A program made the position numbers and the translations under genes. The notes below the pieces were generated by a model that did no database searches, was not told the origin of the DNA, and saw only the letters and a program-made list of their open reading frames with translations. Source: Rhizocola hellebori (lineage in GTDB: Bacteria > Actinomycetota > Actinomycetes > Mycobacteriales > Micromonosporaceae). Taken from it: a stretch of 64,000 nucleotides of DNA. Of this stretch, positions 44,238 through 54,277 are shown one piece after another; position 1 is the first letter of the stretch; the number at the start of each line of letters is the position of its first letter. The stretch spans positions 144,352-208,351 of the forward strand of contig NZ_BONY01000008.1 in the NCBI RefSeq assembly GCF_016862955.1, in the 5' to 3' direction.

Positions 44238-47200
44238 ATGCCGATGTTCGGATCACCTAATGGCGATGTGCTGGGCATGGACGGCCCGATTGCCGAGGCG
44301 CTGCTACGCGCGGGGCGTTACCTGCGCCGCGTGGAGACGTCGGGCGATCTGCGGTCGGTATACAAGGTTGGTGGCCGCGGGTCAGATGCCTTTCAGCGCG
44401 CACAGTGGAGCCACGACGCCGTGGTGCGTTCCACGCACGGCGTGAACTGTACCGGGTCGTGCTCGTGGAAGGTGTATGTCAAGGACGGGATTATCACCTG
44501 GGAGGAGCAGCAGACCGATTATCCAAGCACCGGGCCTGACCGGCCGGAATACGAGCCGCGGGGTTGCCCACGCGGCGCGGCGTTCTCGTGGTACACCTAC
44601 TCGCCGACCCGTGTGCGCTATCCGTATGTGCGGGGTGTTCTGCTCGAGATGTATCGGGCGGCCAAGGCCGAGTTCGGTGATCCCGTGCTGGCTTGGGAGC
44701 ATTTGACCGACGACCCGATGAAGCGGCGTGCCTATCAGAAGGCCCGTGGCAGGGGCGGATTTGTGCGGGCCGGCTGGGACGAGGCCGTGGAAATGATCGC
44801 GGCCGCGCATGTTCACATCATCAAGCGCTACGGGCCGGACCGGATAGCGGGATTCTCGCCCATTCCCGCGATGTCGATGGCGTCGTACGCGGCCGGAAGC
44901 CGCTTCTTTTCGCTCATCGGTGGCGTGATGCTGTCATTTTATGACTGGTACGCCGACCTGCCGGTGGCGTCGCCGCAAGTGTTCGGCGACCAGACCGATG
45001 TGCCGGAGTCGGCGGACTGGTGGGACGCCTCGTATCTGCTGGTGTGGGGTTCGAATGTGCCGGTCACCCGTACTCCCGACGCACATTGGATGGTCGAGGC
45101 GCGTTACCGTGGCCAGAAGGTCGTCGTGGTGTCGCCCGACTTCTCCGACACCGTCAAGCTTGGTGACGAGTGGCTTCCCGCTCAGCCTGGTACCGATGGC
45201 GCGCTCGCGATGTCGATGGGTCATGTGATTCTTCGTGAGTTCTTCGTCGACCGGACAGTGCCCCGTTTCGTTGACTACGCCAAACGCTTTACCGACCTTC
45301 CGTTCCTGGTGACGCTGCGGCAAGAGGGTGAGGCGTATGTCGCGGACAAGTTCCTCACCGATGACGGATCCGACGGCGAGGCGAGCTTCAAGACGGTGAT
45401 GTACGACCGGAAAACGGGTCCAGTCGTGCCAAACGGCTCGTTGGGTTTCCGCTTCGCGAAGTCGGGCATCGGCAAGTGGAACCTCGATCTGGGCGACATC
45501 GATCCGCTGCTGACGCTGTACGACGACGCGACCGAAATGGTCGCTGTCACCATGCCGCGTTTTGACGTCACGGGTGTGCTGCCCCGAGGGGTGCCGGCGC
45601 GCCGGATTGGCGAGCACCTGGTGACGACCGTGTTCGACCTGCTGCTCGCGCAGTATGGGGTCGCGCGGCCCGGCCTGGCCGGGCAATGGCCACTGTCGTA
45701 TTCGGACACCGATCAGCCCTATACGCCCGGGTGGCAGGAGGCCATCACGTCTGTTCCGGCGGAGGCGGCGGCGCGGGTAGCCCGTGAGTTCGCGCGCAAT
45801 GCCGAAGAATCGGGCGGCCGATCGATGATAATCATGGGATCGGGTTGCAATCATTGGTTCCACTCCGACACGATTTACCGCTCGTTTCTGGCGCTGCTGA
45901 AGCTGACCGGGTGCCAGGGCATCAACGGTGGCGGCTGGGCGCACTATGTGGGGCAGGAGAAGGTGCGCCCGCTGACCGGCTGGTCTCAGCTCGCCTTCGG
46001 GCTGGACTGGGCTCGCCCCGCACGCCAGCAGGCCGCGACGCCGTACTGGTACATGCACACCAATCAGTGGCGCTATGACACGTTCACGGCCGACGCCTTC
46101 GCCTCACCCACTGGGCGGCAGCGGTTCGAGGGCCGGACGGTCGCCGATCTGATCGCACAGTCAGCCAGGCTGGGCTGGATGCCCTCTTACCCCACCTTCA
46201 ACCGCAATCCGCTAGACCTCGCCGATGAGGCCGACGATCCGGTGGCCCACGTGATCGCGCGGCTAAAGGACGGGACTCTGCGCTTTGCCGCCGACGATCC
46301 GGATGCGCCGGAGAATTGGCCGCGCGCGTTGACTGTGTGGCGGGCCAACCTGCTCGGATCGTCGGGCAAAGGACACGAATACTTCCTGCGCCACCTACTC
46401 GGCACCGACTCCGCGGTGCGGGGGGAGCCGGTGGGACAGGCTCCGGAAGGCAAGCTGGATCTGTTGCTGGCGTTGGATTTTCGCATGACGAGCACCACGA
46501 TGTTCGCCGATGTCGTCCTGCCCGCCGCGACGTGGTATGAGAAACACGACCTGTCGAGCACCGACTTGCACCCGTATGTGCACGCGTTCAACCCCGCGAT
46601 CGCGCCACCGTGGCAGACCCGCACAGACTTCGCCGCGTTCGCGGCCATCGCGAAGTCGTTCAGCGCCATGGCCAAAACACATCTCGGCGTGCGCCGGGAC
46701 ATCGTCGCCGCGCCGCTGATGCACGACACACCCGACGAGCTGGCCACCGTCCACGGGATCGTGAAGGATTGGCGCTCCGGCGAATGCGAACCGGTGCCTG
46801 GGCTCACCATGCCGCGGCTGATCGTGGTGCAACGCGACTACCCGGCCGTCGCCGACCGCATGGCGGCGCTCGGCCCACTGGTGGAAAGCCTCGGCGCGAC
46901 AACGAAGGGTGTTCGGTACGAGCTGTCCCGCGAGGTGGAGTATTTGGGAAGGCATAACGGTGTGGCCCGGGAGGGTGCCGCCGCAGGGCGGCCGTCGCTC
47001 GCGCGCGACACCGACCTGTGCGAGGCGATCCTTGCCCTGTCGGGTACCACGAATGGAGACGTTGCCGCTGCGGGCTTTGCGGAGTTGGAGCGCAGGACCG
47101 GTACCCCCTTAATGGACTTGAAAAGTCATGGGAGAGTGACCTTTGCCGACACGCAGCAAGGCCCGGTACCTGTCGGCACGTCGCCGGAATGGTCAGGAAT

Positions 47201-47858
47201 CGAGACGGGCGGACGCCGCTACAGCCCATTCACGATGAACGTCGAGCGGCTCAAGCCGTGGCACACCCTAACCGGGCGGCAGCACTTCTTCCTCGACCAC
47301 GACTGGATGACCGAGATGGGCGAGCAGCTGCCGATTTACCGGCCACCGCTGGACATGAACCAGCTTTTCAAAGAGCCGGTGATCGGCGAACAGGGCGAGC
47401 TCGGGCTGACCGTGCGCTATCTCACGCCGCACTCAAAATGGTCGATTCACTCCGAGTATCAGGACAACCTCGTCATGCTGACGCTGTCGCGTGGCGGGCC
47501 GACGATCTGGATAAGCCCGATCGACGCCGAACGAATCGGTGTGCGCGACAACGACTGGGTCGAAGCGGTCAACCGCAATGGTGTGCTTGTCGCCCGGGCG
47601 ACGGTCTCGCACCGCATGCCATCGGGCACCGTCTACCTCTATCACGCCCAGGATCGGCTGGTGGGCGTGCCCAAGAGTGAGACGACAGGCAAACGTGGCG
47701 GCGCGCACAACTCACTCACCCGGGTGCTCATCAAACCCAGTCACCTGGTCGGCGGCTATGCCCAGCTCTCCTTTGCCTTCAACTATCTCGGACCGACCGG
47801 AAACCAGCGTGACGAGGTCACTATGATCCGGCGGCGTAGTCAGGAGGTCGAGTACTGA
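44238..47858 (+). CDS. narG: Respiratory nitrate reductase alpha subunit NarG
   Basis: HGVNCTGSCSWKVYVKDGIITWEEQQTDYP FeS/Mo-bisMGD N-terminal motif; 1206 aa. Confidence 0.95.
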   Translation: MPMFGSPNGDVLGMDGPIAEALLRAGRYLRRVETSGDLRSVYKVGGRGSDAFQRAQWSHDAVVRSTHGVNCTGSCSWKVYVKDGIITWEEQQTDYPSTGPDRPEYEPRGCPRGAAFSWYTYSPTRVRYPYVRGVLLEMYRAAKAEFGDPVLAWEHLTDDPMKRRAYQKARGRGGFVRAGWDEAVEMIAAAHVHIIKRYGPDRIAGFSPIPAMSMASYAAGSRFFSLIGGVMLSFYDWYADLPVASPQVFGDQTDVPESADWWDASYLLVWGSNVPVTRTPDAHWMVEARYRGQKVVVVSPDFSDTVKLGDEWLPAQPGTDGALAMSMGHVILREFFVDRTVPRFVDYAKRFTDLPFLVTLRQEGEAYVADKFLTDDGSDGEASFKTVMYDRKTGPVVPNGSLGFRFAKSGIGKWNLDLGDIDPLLTLYDDATEMVAVTMPRFDVTGVLPRGVPARRIGEHLVTTVFDLLLAQYGVARPGLAGQWPLSYSDTDQPYTPGWQEAITSVPAEAAARVAREFARNAEESGGRSMIIMGSGCNHWFHSDTIYRSFLALLKLTGCQGINGGGWAHYVGQEKVRPLTGWSQLAFGLDWARPARQQAATPYWYMHTNQWRYDTFTADAFASPTGRQRFEGRTVADLIAQSARLGWMPSYPTFNRNPLDLADEADDPVAHVIARLKDGTLRFAADDPDAPENWPRALTVWRANLLGSSGKGHEYFLRHLLGTDSAVRGEPVGQAPEGKLDLLLALDFRMTSTTMFADVVLPAATWYEKHDLSSTDLHPYVHAFNPAIAPPWQTRTDFAAFAAIAKSFSAMAKTHLGVRRDIVAAPLMHDTPDELATVHGIVKDWRSGECEPVPGLTMPRLIVVQRDYPAVADRMAALGPLVESLGATTKGVRYELSREVEYLGRHNGVAREGAAAGRPSLARDTDLCEAILALSGTTNGDVAAAGFAELERRTGTPLMDLKSHGRVTFADTQQGPVPVGTSPEWSGIETGGRRYSPFTMNVERLKPWHTLTGRQHFFLDHDWMTEMGEQLPIYRPPLDMNQLFKEPVIGEQGELGLTVRYLTPHSKWSIHSEYQDNLVMLTLSRGGPTIWISPIDAERIGVRDNDWVEAVNRNGVLVARATVSHRMPSGTVYLYHAQDRLVGVPKSETTGKRGGAHNSLTRVLIKPSHLVGGYAQLSFAFNYLGPTGNQRDEVTMIRRRSQEVEY

Positions 47859-49309
47859 TGCGAGTGCTCGCGCAGATGGCCATGGTGATGAATCTCGACA
47901 AGTGCATCGGGTGCCATACCTGTTCGGTGACATGCAAACAGGCGTGGACGAACCGGGGCGGGGTGGAGTACGCCTGGTTCAACAATGTGGAAACCCGGCC
48001 GGGACAGGGATATCCGCGCACCTATGAGGATCAGGATCGGTGGCGCGGCGGCTGGACGCTGACCCGGCGTGGGCGGCTCAAGCTGCGTTCGGGCAGCCGG
48101 CTACGCAAGCTGGCGACCCTGTTCTTCAACCCGCACCTGCCCGCGCTGTCGGACTACTACGAGCCGTGGACCTACGACTACCAGAACCTCATCACGGCCC
48201 CGGCCGGAGACGACCTGCCGACCGCGAAACCGACCGCTCCGATCACCTGGAGCGCCAACTGGGACGACAGCCTCGCGGGTGGGCCTGAGCTGGCCCAGCA
48301 CGACCCGATCCTCAAGGCGATGTCGGAGCGGATCAGGCTGGAGTTCGAGCAGGCGTTCATGTTTTATCTGCCACGTATTTGTGAGCATTGCCTGAACCCG
48401 TCGTGCGTGGCGTCGTGCCCATCGGGCGCGATTTACAAACGGACCGAGGACGGCATTGTGCTTGTCGACTCCGACACGTGCCGTAGCTGGCGCAGTTGCG
48501 TGACCGGGTGCCCTTACAAGAAGGTGTTCCTCAATCACCAGACCGGCAAGGCGGAGAAATGCACCTTCTGTTTCCCGCGCATCGAGCTCGGGATGCCGAC
48601 GGTGTGCGCGCAGACGTGTGTGGGGAGGCTGCGTTACATCGGTGTCGTCTTGTATGACCCGGACAGGGTGCTGGAGGCGGCTTCGGTGCGCGATGAGCAT
48701 TCGCTCATTGACGCGCAGAAGCAAGTGCTGTTGGATCCGCACGATCCGTCGGTCATCGAAGCGGCACTCCGCAGTGGGATCCCGCAGGACTGGGTGGTGG
48801 CGGCGCAACGCTCGCCTGTCTACTCGCTCATTTTCGATTACCAGCTGGCGCTGCCCTTGCATCCTGAATACCGCACGCTGCCGATGGTCTGGTACATCCC
48901 GCCGCTTTCACCGGTGGTGGATGCGGTGCGGGACACCGGTTTCGACGGCGAGGACGCCGCCAACCTGTTCGCCGCCGTGGAGGCGCTGCGGATCCCGATC
49001 GGCTATCTGGCATCCCTTTTCACGGCCGGCGACCCGGCCCCTGTCCGCGAGGTGTTGCGGCGGCTGGTGGCGATGCGCGCGTTCATGCGTGACATCAACC
49101 TCGGCCGGGATCCCGATGAGTCGATCCCCGCGTCGGTCGGCATGACCGGCTCGCAGATGTATGACATGTATAGGCTTTTGGCCATCGCGAAGGCCGAGGA
49201 CCGCTACGTCATCCCGCATGCCCACCGCGAGGATGCCGGCGCGCCCAACGATGGCTGTTCTGTCCCCACTCCGGTGTCGCTGCCTTTCCCCAAGGTGAGA
49301 CAGTCGTGA
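47858..49309 (+). CDS. narH: Nitrate reductase beta subunit NarH
   Basis: MNLDKCIGCHTCSVTCK and further Cys clusters. Confidence 0.95.
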   Translation: MRVLAQMAMVMNLDKCIGCHTCSVTCKQAWTNRGGVEYAWFNNVETRPGQGYPRTYEDQDRWRGGWTLTRRGRLKLRSGSRLRKLATLFFNPHLPALSDYYEPWTYDYQNLITAPAGDDLPTAKPTAPITWSANWDDSLAGGPELAQHDPILKAMSERIRLEFEQAFMFYLPRICEHCLNPSCVASCPSGAIYKRTEDGIVLVDSDTCRSWRSCVTGCPYKKVFLNHQTGKAEKCTFCFPRIELGMPTVCAQTCVGRLRYIGVVLYDPDRVLEAASVRDEHSLIDAQKQVLLDPHDPSVIEAALRSGIPQDWVVAAQRSPVYSLIFDYQLALPLHPEYRTLPMVWYIPPLSPVVDAVRDTGFDGEDAANLFAAVEALRIPIGYLASLFTAGDPAPVREVLRRLVAMRAFMRDINLGRDPDESIPASVGMTGSQMYDMYRLLAIAKAEDRYVIPHAHREDAGAPNDGCSVPTPVSLPFPKVRQS

Positions 49310-49836
49310 GCCGGGCCGTGCACATGGCGGCGTCGATCGCCCTGAGCTATCCGACGGCCACGAGGCTGCAGCCGTTTCAGGGTTTGTTCCCCCGCCTTGA
49401 GACCTATTTGGAGGGTACTCCGCTGCCCGCCCTCGAGGCGCGCTATGTCGAAACGTTCGACCTGCGAAAGCGGTGCTGCCTCTACCTGACCTACTACACG
49501 CACGGCGACACCCGCCGGCGCGGGCTGGCGCTGCTGAAGTTCAGGCAGGCCTATCAACGGGCCGGGCTGGCGCTCACCGACGAGGAGCTGCCCGACCATC
49601 TCGCCGTTGTGCTCGAATTCTCGGCCGCTGGCCATTCCCGCGAGGCGACGGACCTGATGCTGGCCCACCGAGCCGGCCTCGACCTGCTCTGGCACGCGCT
49701 CGACGAGCTCGGCTCGCCGTATGCGGAGGCGGTCGCGGCGGTGCGGGCGACCCTGCCCCCGCCCGGCCCGGCCGACGCCGCGCTGGCCGTGACTCTGGCG
49801 CAGGACGGCCCGCCCACGGAGCTGGTGGGGATATGA
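49306..49836 (+). CDS. narJ: Nitrate reductase assembly chaperone NarJ
   Basis: RYVETFDLRKRCCLYLTYYTHGDTRRRG pattern; position between narH and narI. Confidence 0.9.
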   Translation: MSRAVHMAASIALSYPTATRLQPFQGLFPRLETYLEGTPLPALEARYVETFDLRKRCCLYLTYYTHGDTRRRGLALLKFRQAYQRAGLALTDEELPDHLAVVLEFSAAGHSREATDLMLAHRAGLDLLWHALDELGSPYAEAVAAVRATLPPPGPADAALAVTLAQDGPPTELVGI

Positions 49837-50516
49837 ACACCGCGCTGTGGGCCGTGCTGCCCTATCTGGCCCTGACCACCTTCGCTGGCGGGCTGGTGTG
49901 GCGCTACCGGTACGACAAGCTTGGCTGGACGGCCCGCTCGAGCCAGCTGCACGAGCGGCGGCTGCTCGGGCTCGGCAGCCCGCTGTTTCACGGTGGGATC
50001 CTCTTGACCGCCCTCGGCCACGCCACCGGGCTGCTCATCCCGGCCGGGGTGACCAGGGCGCTCGGGATGAGCGACGGCGTATACAAGGCGATGGCGGTGG
50101 GGGTGGGCGGGTTGGCGGGGCTGATGACGCTCGCCGGGCTCGCGATCCTGGTGTTTCGCCGGCTCACCGTTCGCGCAGTGCTGCGGGCAAGCCTCGCCAG
50201 TGACCTGGTCATGTACGTGCTGCTCGGCTCCACCATCCTGATTGGACTAGCTATCACCCTGTCCGGCAACGGACACGACTATCGCGCGAGCGTCGCGCCG
50301 TGGTTCAGGTCGGTCTTCGCGTTCCAGCCGGCGGTCGACGCCATCGCCAAGGCGCCGTGGGCTTTCCAGTTGCACGCGCTGATCGCCTGGACGCTGATCG
50401 CTGCTTGGCCGTTCACCCGGCTGGTGCACGCGTTCAGTCTGCCGCTCGGATACCTTGCCCGCCCATACATCGTGTACCGCAGCAGGGAGGCCAGCCGTGG
50501 CCAAGCATTGGATTGA
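49833..50516 (+). CDS. narI: Nitrate reductase gamma subunit NarI
   Basis: MNTALWAVLPYLALTTFAGGLVWRYRYDK; 5 TM with haem-ligand histidines. Confidence 0.9.
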   Translation: MNTALWAVLPYLALTTFAGGLVWRYRYDKLGWTARSSQLHERRLLGLGSPLFHGGILLTALGHATGLLIPAGVTRALGMSDGVYKAMAVGVGGLAGLMTLAGLAILVFRRLTVRAVLRASLASDLVMYVLLGSTILIGLAITLSGNGHDYRASVAPWFRSVFAFQPAVDAIAKAPWAFQLHALIAWTLIAAWPFTRLVHAFSLPLGYLARPYIVYRSREASRGQALD

Positions 50517-51816
50517 CGATTGGAACCCGGAGGACGAGGTCTTCTGGCGGCGTGCCGGGCGCGGGATCGCACGGCGCAACCTGGTGTTCTCCATCTTCTC
50601 CGAACACCTCGGCTTTTCGGTATGGCTCATGTGGAGCGCGGTCGTGGTGTTCCTGCCGCGCGCCGGGTATTCGTTCAGCGCGGATCAGCTTTTCTGGCTC
50701 GTCGCGTTACCCAACCTCGTGGGATCCACACTGCGTATCCCTTACACGGCGGCGGTGGCGCGCTTCGGCGGTCGCAATTGGACGATCGTGTCGACGGCGG
50801 CGTTGCTCGGACCGGTGGCGTTGCTGTATTACTGCCTGAGCTCGGCTGGTACCCCCTATTGGATATTTTTGGTGGCGGCAGCGGCGGCAGGTGTCGGCGG
50901 CGGCAATTTCGCCTCGAGCATGGCCAACATTTCCTACTTCTATCCCGACCGCGACAAGGGCTCCGCGTTGGGCATCAACGCGGCCGGCGGCAACATCGGG
51001 GTCGCGGTCGTGCAGATCGTGGTGCCACTGGTGATTGGCGCGGGCGCGATCCTTTACCACGTCGCGCTGGTCTACCTCGTCCCGATCGTCGCCGCGATCG
51101 CGTGCGCTTGGCTGTTCATGGACAACCTGACAGCCGCGCGGGCGAGCGTTCGCGAACAGCTGACCGTGCTGCGCGACAAACATGCCTGGGTCATGTCGGT
51201 CCTTTATATCGGCACCTTTGGCTCGTTTATCGGCTACTCGGCGGCTTTCCCGCTTCTGATAAAGTCCCAGTTCGCCGGTGCACAGGGCCAGTATGTGGCG
51301 TTCCTCGGGCCACTGGTGGGCTCGCTGTCACGCCCGATCGGCGGGTGGCTTTCCGATCGCGTCGGCGGGGCCAGGGTGACCGCGCTGACCTTCATGGTGA
51401 TGGCCGCAGGCACCGGCGGAGTCCTGCTGAGCCTCACGGTCGGGAACTTTGGCAGCTTCCTTGCCGCCTTCCTGGTGCTATTCATCGCAAGCGGAGTGGG
51501 CAATGGCTCGACCTACCGCATGATCCCGGCCATCTACCGTGCTCTCGCCTCCAATCAGGCCGGCTCTGGCCAAGCGGCGGTCCGAGCCCCCGTCCAGGCG
51601 GCCGCGGTCATCGGTCTGGCCTCGGCGATCGGCGCGTTCGGCGGCTTTCTCATTCCGCGCGGGTTCGGCATGTCCATTGCCTACACCGGATCCATCACGC
51701 CGGCGCTCTGGACATTCTTCGCCGCCTATGGCGTTTTCCTCGTCGTCACGTGGTGGTTCTATCTGCGCCGGGTGCTGATGGCATGGTCGCCGAGCCTCGC
51801 GGTCGCCCAGGTGTAG
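50497..51816 (+). CDS. narK: Nitrate/nitrite transporter NarK (MFS)
   Basis: GTG start after a GGGAGG SD; 440 aa MFS. Confidence 0.9.
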   Translation: MAKHWIDDWNPEDEVFWRRAGRGIARRNLVFSIFSEHLGFSVWLMWSAVVVFLPRAGYSFSADQLFWLVALPNLVGSTLRIPYTAAVARFGGRNWTIVSTAALLGPVALLYYCLSSAGTPYWIFLVAAAAAGVGGGNFASSMANISYFYPDRDKGSALGINAAGGNIGVAVVQIVVPLVIGAGAILYHVALVYLVPIVAAIACAWLFMDNLTAARASVREQLTVLRDKHAWVMSVLYIGTFGSFIGYSAAFPLLIKSQFAGAQGQYVAFLGPLVGSLSRPIGGWLSDRVGGARVTALTFMVMAAGTGGVLLSLTVGNFGSFLAAFLVLFIASGVGNGSTYRMIPAIYRALASNQAGSGQAAVRAPVQAAAVIGLASAIGAFGGFLIPRGFGMSIAYTGSITPALWTFFAAYGVFLVVTWWFYLRRVLMAWSPSLAVAQV

Positions 51817-51831
51817 CTGACTGAAGAACCT

Positions 51832-52125
51832 TCACCCGCCCGGTGTTTCATGGCGGGGCAGAGCGCGGATCAGCTCGGAGCGGGATCCGATCTCCAGCTT
51901 GGGGTAGATGCGGTAGAGGTGTGTGCTGACGGTACGGGGCGAGATGAACAGGCGCTCGGCGATGTGGCGGTTGGACAGGCCTTGGGCGGCGAGCTGGGCG
52001 ATCTGCAGCTCCTGCGGGGTGAGGCGGTCGCGGCCGTCATCGGGGCGGCGGATCGTCTCGCCGGTGGCGGCGAGCTCGGCGCGGGCGCGGTCGGCCCACG
52101 GGGTGACGCCAAGGGAGTCGAAGGT
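51832..52125 (-). pseudogene. C-terminal fragment of a large LuxR-family (LAL-type) regulator; the N-terminal domains are absent
   Basis: Only the last roughly 95 aa (GVTPWADRARAELAATGE...LTPQELQIAQLAAQGLSNRHIAERLFISPRTVSTHLYRIYPKLEIGSRSEL) look like the family; the upstream ORF sequence is low-complexity junk. Confidence 0.5.
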
Positions 52126-52251
52126 GACTGCGGCTGAGCGAAGGCGGTCGCGGGACTCGGCGGGGCGGCGGCGGCGCCTTAGCCCAATCGACAGCCATCT
52201 CAGCCTCAGGCCGATGTCACTGAGGTTCAGATATCCATATACTTCGCGATT

Positions 52252-52524
52252 ATGGATCTGCTGCTGCTCGTCGCCATTGCCGCTGCGGTCTGCGCCGGTG
52301 TCGCGGGGCTCGCGTTTGATTTCCGCCCCGGCATCTGGCGCAAGAACCCGCCGCGGATGTTCGCCGCAACCATGTTCTGCTTTACGGTGGCCCTGCTCGC
52401 CATGTACGGCCGTCGCCACGTCGAAGCCACCAGCTCCGTGGCGGGCCTGCTGTCTCTGGTGTCGGTCGCGGGTATGTTCGGCGCAACCATATTGATGCTG
52501 AGGGCTCGTAAGGCGAGTCGCTAG
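52252..52524 (+). CDS. Possible small membrane protein (90 aa, 3 TM); weak call
   Basis: Hydrophobic ORF in an otherwise empty gap; no clear SD. Confidence 0.25.
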   Translation: MDLLLLVAIAAAVCAGVAGLAFDFRPGIWRKNPPRMFAATMFCFTVALLAMYGRRHVEATSSVAGLLSLVSVAGMFGATILMLRARKASR

Positions 52525-52874
52525 CTTTCCACCAAATTTTCCAGGGTACCGGTCAGCAGCCGACGGGTTCGCTGTAGTTCAGCGATGGAATGGTCCACAT
52601 CGCGGATCTGGCCCCGAAGCCGTTCCAGGGCAGCCGGACAGGCCGTCAGAGCTCCTCCTGCGTCGAAGCATGCCAGCACCTGCGCAACGGCTTGCAGGCC
52701 GAGGCCGATGTCGAGCAGAAGCCGGATCCGGCGCACCTCCTCGACGGAGTGCTCCTCAAAGTCGCGGTACCCGTTGTGGAGACGCCGCGAGGACAACAGG
52801 CCCAGGCGGTCGTAGTGCCGCAGCGCCCGCGTGCTGACGCCGCTGCGCTGAGCCAACTGGTTGATCAGCATCAT
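52521..52874 (-). CDS. MerR-family transcriptional regulator
   Basis: MMLINQLAQRSGVSTRALRHYDRLGLL is the HTH. Confidence 0.85.
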   Translation of the reverse strand: MMLINQLAQRSGVSTRALRHYDRLGLLSSRRLHNGYRDFEEHSVEEVRRIRLLLDIGLGLQAVAQVLACFDAGGALTACPAALERLRGQIRDVDHSIAELQRTRRLLTGTLENLVES

Positions 52875-52878
52875 CCAC

Positions 52879-52910
52879 TCTTGACCTTGACACCCATGTC
52901 AAACCTTACC
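52879..52910 (+). promoter_or_regulatory. Second MerR-type promoter: -35 TTGACC, 20-bp spacer with dyad TTGACA-ccca-TGTCAA, -10 TACCGT. It drives the MFS/APH operon divergently from MerR3.
   Basis: Read directly; same architecture as 16243-16274. Confidence 0.5.
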
Positions 52911-52995
52911 GTTCAGCCATGCCGACCGACCTGCACGCTCCCGTCAGCGTAGCTGTACCCGATCAACCTACCGTCGCCTTGCTGGTGGTGCCCGC

Positions 52996-54276
52996 GTGAA
53001 CGTCGTGGTGACCCAGCTGACCAAACTGCGCGACGACCTGCGCGGTCCACAGGATCCGCGGCAGCGGTTGATGGCGCTGTCCACTCTGATCAACACCGTC
53101 GGCATGGGACTTTTCCTCTCCGCGGGCACCATCTTCCTCATCCGGTCGGCGGGGCTGAGCCCGGCCGCCGCGGGCGTCGGTCTCACCGTCGGCTCACTGA
53201 TCGGCTTCGGCGCAGGGGTGTTCGTCGGCGACCTGGCTGACCGGCGGGGCGCCCGCGAGGTGGTCATCGCCTCGATGCTGGTGGAGGCCGTGGCCAGCGT
53301 CGGGCTGCTGCTGGTACACGACATATGGATGTTGATTGTGGTGGCGACGGTCGCGGCGGTGGGCCGGGCAGGCTCGGGAAGTGCCCGCGGGGCGATGATT
53401 GGTGTGCTGGCCGAGCAGGGCAAGGGCGCCGCACTGCGTACTTACTTGCGTGCGGTCACCAACGTCGGTCTGGCGGTGGGCATGCTCGGTGCCGCAATCG
53501 TTTTAGCCGTCGACAGCCGCCCGGCCTACGTAACCATGGTGCTCACTGATGCGGCGACCTTCCTCGTCGCCGCTGCTGTGCTCGCGCGGCTGCGGCACCT
53601 CCCGCCGACCCGCAGCGCCAAGTCTGCCCCGGACGAGCGTCGCTGGCTGGCCCTTCGCGACCGGCACTACCTGGCGTTCACCGCCGCGTCGTCGGTGGCG
53701 AGCCTGCAGTACTGGGTACTTGTCCAGGCGCTACCGGTGTGGATCGTCCTGCGGACGGCGGCGCCGCGCCCCATGGCGGGGCTCGTCCTGTTCGTCGCCG
53801 CGGTGACCGTTGCCATCACCCAGATTCCGGCCACCCGGTCCATCGACGGCCCCCGGGCGGCGGCTCGGCTGCTGGCCCGTTCGGGCCCGCTCTTCCTGGT
53901 GGCCTGGATCCTGATGGCCATGGCGTCCGGCCCGTCGGTGTGGGCCGCGGTCGCCATTCTGCTGACCGCGGTGCTCATACACTCATTGGCCGAAGTCTGG
54001 CAGGCGGCAGGGACCTTCGAACTGTCCTTCGCGCTGGCCCGGCCCGAAGCGCAGGGCCAGTATCAGGGCGTGATCGGGCTCGGCCACGGCTTTGTGGAAG
54101 CGATGGCACCGGTCATCGTCATGACACTGTGCATCGGCGCGGGCAAGGTCGGCTGGGTCACCCTCGCGGTGATCGTCACGTTGGCGGGCTTCCTATGTGC
54201 ACGCATCGAGCGGCAACGGTCCAGCACCCACCTCGAGGCCGCTCACGGCACGGCCGCCTTGCCGTCAAACCCGTAA
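52996..54276 (+). CDS. MFS transporter
   Basis: 426 aa, 12 TM. Confidence 0.85.
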   Translation: MNVVVTQLTKLRDDLRGPQDPRQRLMALSTLINTVGMGLFLSAGTIFLIRSAGLSPAAAGVGLTVGSLIGFGAGVFVGDLADRRGAREVVIASMLVEAVASVGLLLVHDIWMLIVVATVAAVGRAGSGSARGAMIGVLAEQGKGAALRTYLRAVTNVGLAVGMLGAAIVLAVDSRPAYVTMVLTDAATFLVAAAVLARLRHLPPTRSAKSAPDERRWLALRDRHYLAFTAASSVASLQYWVLVQALPVWIVLRTAAPRPMAGLVLFVAAVTVAITQIPATRSIDGPRAAARLLARSGPLFLVAWILMAMASGPSVWAAVAILLTAVLIHSLAEVWQAAGTFELSFALARPEAQGQYQGVIGLGHGFVEAMAPVIVMTLCIGAGKVGWVTLAVIVTLAGFLCARIERQRSSTHLEAAHGTAALPSNP

Positions 54277-54277
54277 C

